64,000 nucleotides of DNA. Source: Rhizophagus irregularis (taxonomy: Eukaryota). The translations under genes and the position numbers were made by a program. The stretch spans positions 6,324,001-6,388,000 of the forward strand of contig NC_089429.1 of the NCBI RefSeq assembly GCF_026210795.1, read 5' to 3'. This document shows, one piece after another, positions 41,072-52,475 of the stretch. Position 1 is the stretch's first letter, and each line of letters opens with the position of its first letter. The notes below the pieces were generated by a model that did not search any database, was not told the origin of the DNA, and worked only from the letters and a program-made list of their open reading frames with translations.

Positions 41072-42470
41072 CTAGAGTCATACCCTAGGGCCGGTGACCG
41101 GCCCCTTCTAAGAGTATGATATATACCATAAATTTTAACACTTATTTGCAGAAACAAAAGTATTGATAAGATATAATTTGAAATAAATAAATAATTTATT
41201 TTATTTTTTTTTCATCTAAAATATTTTAATTTGTTTTTTACGTTTTAATTTAATAATCTTGTAATTGGCCTTAAAAGAAGAATTTATAAAAAACAATTTT
41301 TTTTAAAAATTTTTTTTCATTTCTACTTTCTAACAAAATAAAATAATTCAATAAAATTTATTTCACATGATTAAAACTTAATATTGTAGGATATTTCAAA
41401 TCAAATTTGGACGATTCTATGTCCACATATTATGTTTTTAATAAATCAATTCATGTAATATATAATTTTTTTTATAAATCAATTCATGTAATATATATTT
41501 TAATAAGAAAATTCATATAATTTTTCTTTAATAATTAAATTCATATAATGTTTTTAATAATTAAGTTTGTAAATTATAATTTTTTACTAATAAATATTTT
41601 TTTAATAAATAAATTTAATAAATTCGGATATATAATTTTTCTTAATAAATCAATTCATGTAATATATATTTTAATAATTAAATTTGTATAATGTTTTTTA
41701 ATAATTACTAAATTTGTATAATGCTTTTTTTAATAAATAAACTCGTATAATGCTTTTTAATGAATAAATTAAATAAATTTGGGTATATATTTTTTTTTAA
41801 TAAATTCGGGTATATATATTAAAATTCAGATATATATATATTTTTGGATATATATATTTTTTATATAATTTGGATATATGTATATTTTAATAAAATTCAG
41901 ACATTTTTTTTTTATATTTGATCAGGTTCATTTAAGAATGTTATTCGCTTTATATATTTAATTTCCTTCAATTCCTATTATAATTAATCCCAAAAATTTG
42001 CCTCCTGAACAATGTATACTGTACGAATAATAAATATTTCCTTGATGTTAATATGTAGTTAGCTCCCAGATTTTTGGCCAGCCAAATTGACAATTCATAA
42101 TTCCTTGATGTCAATATATGGTTAGCTCTTGATTTTTGATCAACCAATTCGGATCATGCTGCAGATCATGATTAATTTTTTTTTTTATATAAACGACCAT
42201 TGTTCGTAATATTGAACTCAATATCAACTCAATATCAATATCAATATCAATTCAATATCAATTCAATACAATATCAATATCAATATCAATATCAATATCA
42301 ATAATATAAAAACGTACCCTATACTTAGCGCATAAGAGCTAACCAAATTAGTAAAATTTTCCTTCCTTTCCAGGATAGCACGATTAGCATAACAACCAAT
42401 TACAAGGACTATCACTATTAAAATGAAGATCACCTGATATCGTTAACTATATTGTGTGATCTGTATATAG
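41072..42470 (-). mobile_element. Non-autonomous Helitron
   Basis: The - strand 3' end reads GGGGCCGGTCACCGGCCC hairpin, TAGGGTATGACT, CTAG|T. No TSD. The interrupted intron resumes at ~42471. The 5' TC is uncertain (42459-42470). Contains a (TCAATA)n tract at ~42207-42302. Confidence 0.7.
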
Positions 42471-42904
42471 TGTCAATAAAACATTTACTAACATTTTGAT
42501 TTTTTTTTTGTTTTATTTTAGCGAACGTTTATTGACATTCATTTTTATTTTTATAGATCCAAGATGCCATTGGACTTCTATTTCAAAGGTATACCCCTTC
42601 AAATTGTATCTTTACTTTAATAAATGTTACTAAACATTCTCTTTTTATTTAGGTAAAGGAGCTGAAACTGAGTTCTGGACTTTCATATTAAAGGTAAAAC
42701 CTTTGAAAAAAAATTAATTTTTTTTTAAAATTAATTTATATTGACGAATGTTAACTAATATTTTGTCTTATTTTTTTTAGATAAAGGAAGCCAAAACTGA
42801 GTTTTGAGCTCTATATCAAAGGTAAAACCTTTGAAAAAAAATATTTTTTTTTACTTTATTGACAAATGTTAAACTAATGTTCATATTTCCTTTTTTTTAA
42901 ATAA

Positions 42905-43170
42905 GGCCATTCCAATTTAATCTTTAGTTTAACATCCTCCCCCCTTCTATTTTTGAAAAATTCAAGGGTGATTTAAACATATATGTTTGATATGTTTAAA
43001 TATGCTTAAAACACCCCTAAAATTTAATAGTACCGAGAATTTCTGATTTTACCAAAAATTTCCAAAATTTTTAATATGTTTAATTTTCATGTTTGTTTAA
43101 ATTATTCCTTCCCCCCCTCAAAATTTTTGGCCAGAAAGGACATTAAACTAATTATTAATTTGGAACGGTC
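42905..43170. mobile_element. PIF/Harbinger-type MITE (266 bp)
   Basis: TAA|GGCCATTCCAATTTAAT...ATTAATTTGGAACGGTC|TAA. The sister micro-exon at 42781 shows the empty site ataaaggaagc. Confidence 0.88.
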
Positions 43171-46015
43171 TAAAGGAAGCTGAAGTCCATATCAAAGGTA
43201 AATTTAACCTTTAAATTTTTTTTCTTTTATTTAAATGAACATTCACTAACATTTGTATTTTTTTTTTTAGGTAAAGGAAGCCAAAAATAAATTATGGACT
43301 TAAAACCTTCAAAATTTTTTTTTAAATATTTATTTAACAAATTCTAACATTTTATTTGTATTTTGTAGGATACGGTATTCCTAAACACCTTCTGGATGAT
43401 AGAATTTCAAATGTAAGTTTCAAAATTCTATTTTGTTTTTTTTTTATTTAGCAAAACATTAACTAATGTTTCATCTTTTTTTTAGGAGAAGAAAGCCAAA
43501 AATGATTTCTGGGCTTCTATATTGAAGGTAAAACCTTCGAAAATTTTTCTTTTATTTTTATTTAATATAATGAACATTCATTTACTTTTTTTTTTAGGTA
43601 AAAGAAGCCAGAAACAAGTTCTGGACAAGCATTTTATACACTTATTACATTATATAATATTCACCCTGCAATTTGTTTCTTTCCTAATTTTCTCAGAGTC
43701 CTACTCTTGTGCATAACCATTACTCTATTAAATGATAATAACGTTAAAATTAATATATAAAAAATAAATAAATAATAAATTAACACCTTTCAACTCTTAA
43801 GAATTTCGGCCTTAAATTTTTTTTAAGATTATTCTATTGTGTATTCAGTATTATATTCTAATTCCGTGGCCATACATTCTCATTCAATTCTTGGAGTGTC
43901 CATTATCATCTGCAATTTGAACTTAGTCACAATCCAGTATAAGTTTCAAGAGATGATTTTTTTGATCTCCTGTAAACCAATTGTATGTCTGAAAATTGAA
44001 GTACTAAATATTAGCAATTCAAGCTTCTTTTAAAAAAAAATTGACAACTTTAATAAAAAACTTACTTTCAATTATTTCCTAGAAAACATAAATCATTCAA
44101 GGTTCTTTAGTAACAACTTGATATTCATAGTGGACGCGGTTACAGGTCTTCAAATTGTACAACCCCAACCCGACCCTAAATACGAGTTGGATCAATAACC
44201 CGGGTTTGACCTGACCCTTTAGGAACACTAATTATATAAAGACTTCATTAAAAGATAGTGGGAATTTTGTTAGCAAAGTGAATAATTGAATGGTAAAAAG
44301 TAGGCAAATACTTTTTTTATATATCCTTTAAAAATTCTTTTTTTTTTAAAAAAAAAAAGTAATCTGAATTTTTTTCTCATGAAAAAAGAAGTGGTTTCAC
44401 AATGATCACAAAGAAATGATAACCACAAGAGAAATCCATCACACTATTTTCACCAATTTTTTTTTAAAATCAACCCAATGAAACATTTCCAGATGACAAA
44501 TTATTTCTTACATAATTATTTTCAATACAAATTTACATTCACGAAATAAGAAATTTTTTTCATGTTATTATTTATTCAAATTATATAATATCATACGAAA
44601 AAAAAGATGTTATTAAAAAAAAAATAGAAAAAAGGGAAATAATTCTTAAAACGGGTCAAACTCATATAACTTACAAGTAAAAAGCAGGTTGGTTACTGTA
44701 TGCTTAGCATTTTTTTACATATCATTAAATCAAGGTGGAAATGATAAGATAAAAAATTTCGATTCTTGATACAAAAAAAAATTTTTTTTTTATTTATGAT
44801 CCTAGGTGGGGTGATATAGTGACATAATCTAAAATGCAAATCAAAATGGAGTAGAAATCCTAATCTATATTTAAACAGATTGGGTGTTAATACAATATTT
44901 TTAAAAAGTACAAATAGGAAAAAGTTATTATGTGTTTTTTACTCTACGATAATATACTTCGGAACATTAAAAAATTCTGAGTAAATTAGCTCGAAAACCA
45001 TTTAGGGATAATTAATTTGCAAAAATGATTCCTGAAATGTATTAGTAGTTTTTACTGGTTCAGAAAATTAAGAATTTTTTTTTATCGTTAATAGTTAAAG
45101 AATTTACTTGTTTAAGTTCCGATTAAAGACAGTGATGATAAAAAAAATTAGAAAAAATCAAAATTTATTTTTTTATTTTTTATTTCTTTTTTTTGATTTT
45201 TTTTTAGACAATTTTTTTTTTTTGGAAACAAAAAATTTCCTTTTTAAATTTTATCATAGCACGGGAGTTACTGTATGCTGTTTTAATTTGTTTTATAAAA
45301 GTAATTTTATTCTTTAATATTGTAAAACCATAATTTTTATATATTGAATCAAATTGCACAAAAATAACGTATTTTAAGAAAGAATTTTAAGAAACAAGAA
45401 CTCTGTTAAAAACTTATTCATAGCTCATAAAAGGCATAGAAGTTGTAACCTATAAAAAAAAATTCTGGAAAAGACCCCGATAAATGATCATTTTCCTAGT
45501 TTTTATTCCAGACACGTGATCATTTTTCTGGAAATGTTTTAAATTATAAAGATCGTGTTAAAACATTTAAGAAAATGCTTTTGTTATACAAAGTTGACTA
45601 AAAACCTTAAAAGAGTGTGTGATTCTGCATTTACTGTATTATTAACGAATAGTCTATTTATAAACTACAATTTTTGCATGGTTACACACAAATATTTTAG
45701 GTATATTAAAATTTTATTATTTTGAGGTTTCTTGATCTAATATTTGAAAACATCAAGAACCAAAAAAATTTTGGTAACATGACATGGCGAATTTTATTGG
45801 TCATTAGTTTGTGCAACATTTATCAGAAATGAACAATCACATTTCATATATTTTACATTTTATAGTCCTAACTCCCGAACTCTTGTTAACATGTAAATGT
45901 TTAATTTTATACTTTGTTTAAAATTTAAAATAATATATAGAATATAAATATACATTCAAACTTATCATATTCAATTATACTTCATTGACAAAGTTCTTTA
46001 TCTAAATTATAAGCT

Positions 46016-49000
46016 TTTAATATCTTTCTCCTATTAAAAAGAAAAACATTAATATAAATTAACGTGATAACATCGTATTACAATAATACAAATATAATTT
46101 GTCATAAAGTTTACTTACTATTTTTTTTACTTTTTTGTGTTTCAATCTCTAATTCTTCAATATTTCGCTTTCTTGAAGAATTTACGGTTTCAGTTGAAAT
46201 CAAATTATTTAATGGTCCACTTCCACTAGGTCCATTAAAATTTTGATGCCGAGAATTAGAGATTTGAACGGAGGAATTTATATTTTGAGTGGTTGAACTA
46301 AAGAATGCATAATGAAAAAATATTAATTTTCTATTATATTGTTAAATTTTATTAATTGTAACAGTTACCTTTGAATTTTATTTATATCAAGTTCATATTC
46401 TTTTGTAATATACTCTAAAAATTAGAAGTATTTAAGTTAATATAAAATTAATGGAATAAAATAAATCATCATTATCTGACTGCAAGTTTTTAATTAATAT
46501 ATCAATAATTTATTTTATCTTTAATATAATATACCTTGCATAATACTAACTGAGTTAGTTGAAGAAAAATTTATAGAAGATTTAGAAATCAATGAACTTA
46601 ATGCTCTACTTGTATAAATTGCTCTTTGATGAGGTTTTTCACTAAATTCGGGTCCAAGTTTCTTTAATTGTATTAATTCTAATTTTTTTTTTTCAGCTTC
46701 TTCAAGTGATCGTTCAAATTCAATTGTATTTTCAAAACTCCATTTTTGATTTCTAATTGCTTCCTCAAATTCAACTTTAAATCTGATAAACAATTTTATT
46801 TTATCAATAGTTGGTCTTTTTGAAGGATTAGAATCCCAACATTTTTTCATTAAATTAGCAAACCATTCAGGGGTATCATTTGTAATTTCAGGACGTTTTC
46901 CATCAATAATTTCATAAATTAGACTAACATTATGTTCGACATTAGCAAAAGGTTTACAACCTGTTGTAAGTTCCCACATTATCATACCAAAACTATACAT
47001 ATCAGATTTTTGAGAAAATGCAGCACCTTTAAATATTTCTGGTGCAATATAAGGTATTACTCCGTATATTTCATTATTTGGTGAGGTACTATTTGCAGGT
47101 TGTGATAATCCAAAGTCTCCAGGTAGCCAAGATTGATCTGATAACAATATATTCCCGCTATGAAAATCCCGATGTATAAAATTATTCAAATGGATATTAT
47201 GAAGTCTAAAATATAAACATTTTAGTAATTAATAAATATAAATACAGATAATAAGTTAGTGCATTTAAAAATATAAATACCCGGATATTATTTCCTCTAA
47301 AATATATGATTTTTTTTTCCACGTAATATTTACAAAATTATTTTGCAAATAATTATGTAAATTTCCGCCATTTGCATATTCCATTATCAATATATATTCT
47401 TTTGTTGCAAGATCTTGTTTAATACCATGAAAATTAATTATTTCAGATTTATTACATTGAGAAAGTGATTTTATCAAAAGTATAAATATATTAATAAATA
47501 TCGAATAAAGCACATTAAAATATATTAACATTAAATGTCATTACCTCATTGAGAAAATATTTACCAATTTTCTGTGAATTAAATAATTTTTTTAAAGCAA
47601 CGTCAGTATTCCTTATACCATCCGACCAAGTTGCTTTATAAATAATACTAAATCCTCCTTCTCCTATTTTTCTTAAATCTTTAAATTGAGTATATGGAAT
47701 CCATTCTATTAAATATTTTACCATATTACTATACACTCCCCTACAATAAATTACCGGATTTGACAAAATTTACATAGCAATTTTCACGTTGCATATAAGT
47801 TTACGAATTTTTAATAAAATTCAGCCAGAATTTTTTTATTTGAAAGTTTATCGTAGATAGTTTTTATGTATCAAAATAAATAAATATGATTAATTATAAA
47901 TATAAAAAAGTTTTCTCATTGCAAAATAATATAAAAAATTATGAAATTCTCACTTTTTTTCAGCAATGGGTCAACTTTTTAAAATTTTAGAAAATTTTCT
48001 TTATTTTTTAATACATGAAAGCTACAATTGATTGGCTTTCAAATAAAAAAAATTTGACTGAATTTTATTGAGAATTCATAAAGTTTCATATAGCCCGAAA
48101 ATCAACAATTTTACTAGTAAATCTTATAAAAATTTGTAATTACATAGTATAATTAACAATAACTGACAAATTTTAGTCTATATGAAACTTAACGAATTCT
48201 CTACAAAATTCAGTCAAAATTTTTTTATTTGAAAGCCAATCAATTGTAGCTTTCATGTATTAAAAAATAAAGAAAATTTTCTAAAATTTTAAAAAGTTGA
48301 CCCATTGCTGAAAAAAAGTGAGAATTTCATAATTTTTTATATTATTTTGCAATGAGAAAACTTTTTTATATTTATAATTAATCATATTTATTTATTTTGA
48401 TACATAAAAACTATCTATGATCAGCTTTCAAATAAAAAAATTCTGGCTGAATTTTATTAAAAATTCGTAAACTTATATGCAACGTGAAAATTGCTATGCT
48501 AATTTTGTCAAATCCGGTAATTTATTGTAGGGCAGTGTATAAATTTCTAATAAACTTTAATGAATCTGAATCTGTATTATTTTTTGTAAAAGTAAGAATA
48601 AAATCATCTACGATACAGTTTTCACTACTAATATTTGTAATATAAATATTAATAAATGATATTCTTTCACAATTTTTACATTGAGATTGACTTGTAATCC
48701 CAAAAATAATATTTGTGATTAAACAAAATCTACATCCAGTATAAATTATAAAGCAATTTGAACACCATTTCTGGCACCATTTTTGGTAATAAGGTACTGA
48801 CTGACTCTTGGTGAATATATTTTAGTTCTTTAAACAGACTACACACTTATCAAAGTTATCCCACCATGATAAATATAAAATTTGAATGGACTTTTTAGTT
48901 AAAATTGATTCTACCCATTCAGAATAAATTTTATAATGATGTTTTTGACCACATTCAGTTAATTGAAATTCCTTATATTCAGATTTTTCTGCTGAATAAT

Positions 49001-49348
49001 CTCTTACCCCACGTAATGAGGAGAAATTATTTGATGATGAAGTATTTGGGATTAAATGTGTAAAGTATAAAATCTCAGAGAAATGTTCACAATGTTTGTT
49101 GCACAAAAATTATCCCTATTACTTGTACTTACATACTTATTCAAACATACATCGTTGTCCATATGTTTAATATACCGAAATAAACAATTTTTACAATATT
49201 TTTGTTCAAATTTAAGTGTCTTGGAATATTCAATTCCACAATAACTACATTTTTTTTCATTATTTTTAAAAGGAATAAACAAAACAGGTACAGGACTAGA
49301 ATCTAATCTTGGACTATAAAAATTAAATAAATTAATTTTTGTGTTCAT
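46016..49348 (-). pseudogene. Tyrosine-kinase-like protein kinase pseudogene with Cys-rich N-terminus
   Basis: IEWIPY, IGEGGFSIIYKATW, VALK, MEYANGGNL, IHRDFHSGNILL, DFGLS, IPYIAPE, SDMYSFG motifs. N-terminal CxxC repeats. Frameshift near 49105, stop at 48822, no AG at the expected acceptor near 47475, foldback insertion. Confidence 0.9.
47734..48537. mobile_element. Foldback (palindromic) MITE, 804 bp, TA TSD
   Basis: TA|CACTCCCCTACAATAAATTACCGG...CCGGTAATTTATTGTAGGGCAGTG|TA. Arms of ~370 bp are near-identical. Removal restores ...KFIRNLYSNMVKYLIEWIP. Confidence 0.95.
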
Positions 49349-49955
49349 AATGCTGTATTTAAAGAAAGTAACTCATAAAAATTGAATATAAAAATAATAC
49401 AAGAGTATTTATATTTCCGAAATACAATTCTTTAAATAAGAAAATTCTGATTAGAAAATTTGTTATAGAACATTACGGTAATTAGCGAACGTTTATGGAA
49501 AAAAAATAATTATGCATGTTGACAATCCTCCATTGTGTAATGAATTTCCAAATTCATTTCCGTAGCTGAATTCTTTGCCAATCGGAGTTTTATTTGGTAA
49601 AATTATTCCTTCGTAAACATCCGGGACAAGTAAACATTTAACATAACGGGAGCTTCTGATTAATAATTAATAAAAATCGCAAATTAAAATATATTATGTG
49701 GTTAAGTAATCACCATCAAATCATTATCCAATACGTGTATCATTGGGGTAAGTGGTCAACTATGTAAATCAAATGGTATCATATATAAATTTACTATTGA
49801 AGATTTTTCACATGTTAATTCCATTATATTTTCATAATACGATTTTATAAATACAATAATACTGCAACTATAAGTAATAATAGTCACTATTTTATTTATT
49901 GCCTATGATACAATTAAAAAGGATTGACGCAATAACTTCCCCTGCCATGGGTAAT

Positions 49956-50151
49956 CCCTATAAAAACGAAATGCTTTAAATTTATTTTAAATTCGTGCTC
50001 ATGTGTAATAAATGTCTAAAAAAGCACCATTTTGTTTAATTTTTATTTTTTTGTAATAAGACATAAATCGGATAAAATGGGACTTTTTTAGATATTTATT
50101 GCACAAGAGCACAAATATAAAACAAATTTAACACATTTCGTTGTTATAGGG
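49956..50151. mobile_element. Hairpin MITE with CCC termini (CMC/EnSpm-like), 196 bp
   Basis: AAT|CCCTATAAAAACGAAATG...CATTTCGTTGTTATAGGG|AAT; imperfect palindrome throughout. Confidence 0.8.
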
Positions 50152-51126
50152 AATTAATTGACTTGTTATTTCATTGATAGTATTATTATGGTCATGTTTT
50201 TAGAGTCTTTTGGGCTGCTTTCCGAGCTTGATACTTTTGTCTATATGATTTGTATACTCATGCTAAATTTAGATGTCTAGCCTTAATTCTAACTCGTTTT
50301 GCGGCCAAAAACATTTTAAAGTTAATTTTAATTCCAAAATAACAGAATTACGTTGCTAAATTTGAAATATTTCATCAATTACCTTCTTTTTACTCATTAT
50401 TTAATAGTATAGAGAGAGAGAGGTTTTACAGAGCATTGATTTGAAAGTTAAATAATAATACAAAAATAACCAACGTAACTTTGTCAGAGATATGTATGAG
50501 AATCTTATTATCTGTTGTGATTAAAAAAATCTTTGCCTTTTTTTAAAAAAGATTTTCATTTTAATAAAAAAAAATGAATATTTTTATTTATTTAATAAAA
50601 TAATTAACAAGAAATTTCTATATTTACTATACGTTACAATCGTTAAATGCAATTTTAAATAAAAATTTTAGGGTGCATACTACCACGTTTATATATAAAA
50701 AAATAATGTAATTTATTATTAAAAAAAAATTTTTTAAATTTTTACACTATGAATATGATCCAAAAATAATATATAACAAAAAAATACTAATTTGAATAAC
50801 TTATTAAGATAACTCAACATTTCGTTCCTATATAATGAAAAATAAAAAATTCAAAAAGTTTTAAATTCATTTTCCACAATTTTTTCCCAATATGTAAAGC
50901 ATCAAAATTTACTTTAATTTACCCAGCCACATGGGTTTTGTTTTTAAAAATAAAAATTTTTATTATCTGATCACACATCAAGAAATTAAAATTTTACATA
51001 TCATAACAAATAAAACAAATAAATACTATTTGGTTAAAATTAATGCATTCCTATTAACTGAATATTTTTTAGTGGTACTTTAGTTCATCACGTGATGTAA
51101 ATTTAGAGCAATTTTATTGTAAATAC

Positions 51127-51939
51127 TGTTACCACCGATTTATGACGTTTGGTAGGTAGTAACAGAAAAAAAAATAAGGATCGGTTTATTAGTGGTAAGG
51201 TAATATAACGATGTATAACAATCGATAAGGTAAAGGTGTATATATGAATAGTCGATAATGAACGATTATAAGCGATAATAAATGATATAATGGATTAGGG
51301 GTAAATCGGATAGTATGTTTATGATAACAATTAGTTATAAGTGTATATAGTAAATCAACGATGTATAACGAAAATTAATAATTGTTAATAAATGATAATA
51401 AAACGATAATAAACAATGTAATAAAATATGTATCAATAATTCGGAAGCAAATCGACAAGTTTATTCATTAATAAAAAGAATACGATATTACTGCCTCAAC
51501 CGGCGCTCTGTAATATCCTGATATCTATCTTATAACAATAAAACTATACGATATCTAAACTGAACTATTTATTGCTATCAACGATGGTCCCTTTTATAAT
51601 GTTAGGATTTTGGTACAATTCTGTCTTTTGGACATAATTGTCACCCGGCCAATATCGTCTCCCGGCCAATTGTGGCACATTTATTATTTATTTATTTATT
51701 TTTCATAAATCAGGTAGTTATCTGGGCACATTTGTCTATACAGCCACTTATATTCAGCCACTTTATATCGCTAAGCTTCCGCTTTTTATCTAATCTATAA
51801 ACAACTACAGGTAATATAACCAAAAATAACTAAAATAACAAAAATAAAAATAGAATAAAATAAAAATAAAAATAATAAAAATAAAAAAATAAAAATAAAA
51901 AAAATAAAAAAATAAAAATAAAAAAAATATCCCGTGACA
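51127..51939. mobile_element. Solo LTR (813 bp), probably Ty3/Gypsy
   Basis: TGTTAC...GTGACA termini with a 4-bp TSD ATAC (51123-51126, 51940-51943); no internal coding region. Confidence 0.8.
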
Positions 51940-51995
51940 ATACAAAAAAATTAATATTTGAGAATAACAAAAAAAATTTTTTTTATTATTGTAAA

Positions 51996-52475
51996 GGTCG
52001 TGGCTGACCTAGTGCACTGGCATGGTGTACCCCTCCTATGATTGTCTAAGACAGGAATGGAGGACGCAGGTTCGATCCGTCCAGCCAACGGATGCTCTAT
52101 GAATTATACTGCGTGGGCCTATACCATAGGCCTAGAAGGTGTAGATCGTAGCCCTAGTGGTGGGAAAGTGCGTAGATCATGGTATCACACCGACTTCGGT
52201 CACAACCGTGGTATCAACCAATGGTAGACTACCTCGGTAGTCGACACCCAGGGGGAGTAATCCTATCCTGGGCTACCAACCTGTTCTTTGGTTCCCTTAG
52301 GGATTGGTGTCGTTATTGGGACCCCCACCCTTGTTTCGTTTTATTTACCAGAGTGGCGCCGTCCTCGGGCGGTTTGATTATAGCTTAGTATTAGATAGCG
52401 TTTGACTTTTGTTTTATCTTTTGTTCTTGTCTATCTTTCTGTAGTCTAGTTCACGTGGATTTTAAAAATAAAAAT
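51996..52475 (+). mobile_element. SINE-like retroposon with tRNA-like head and structured body
   Basis: Perfect 23-bp TSD AAAATTTTTTTTATTATTGTAAA (51973-51995, 52476-52498). A-box-like TAGTGCACTGG (52010-52020), B-box GGTTCGATCC (52069-52078), (AAAAAT)n tail. GC-rich island with many hairpins. Confidence 0.85.

Larger units (their letters stand above)
39754..43620 (+). repeat. Tandem array of ~18 micro-exon/intron units
   Basis: Repeated (c/g)taac-polyY-tag | 25-50 nt | gtaa units. Example exons: 39754-39790, 39892-39922, 40010-40040, 40127-40167, 40370-40394, 42653-42693, 42781-42821. Neighbouring exons are mutually similar. Confidence 0.75.
39020..44230. mobile_element. Composite 5.2-kb insertion with one hAT-like end
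   Basis: Flanked by ATGATATA (39012-39019) and ATTATATA (44231-44238); removal restores the host frame. The right end reads TAGTGTTCCTAAAGGGTCAGG on the - strand with acccg/gaccc subterminal repeats. No matching left TIR was found. Confidence 0.6.
36940..44324 (-). pseudogene. Secreted/membrane protein pseudogene; first exon split by a 5.2-kb insertion
   Basis: Exons at ~39019-38687, 38622-38499, 38425-37727, 37660-37318 and 37231-36940 (includes ORFs 38683-39072, 37665-38405, 36986-37180). In-frame TGA near 37485. The hydrophobic leader (ATA)YKKSICLLFTIQLFTLLTKFPLSFNEVF at 44324-44239 joins in frame to ISYIYEEPIEG. Confidence 0.75.

Noticed and set aside
39754..43620. CRISPR-like repeat-spacer array
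   Set aside because: Eukaryotic context, degenerate repeats, spacers similar to each other, no cas genes. Splice signals explain the periodicity.
52001..52088. Functional tRNA (including tRNA-Sec, given the 6-bp D-like stem)
   Set aside because: The T-stem and acceptor stem do not pair canonically, there is no clear anticodon, and it is the head of a TSD-flanked 480-bp unit.
52042..52388. Two short ORFs (61 and 69 aa)
   Set aside because: By-products of the GC-rich SINE body.
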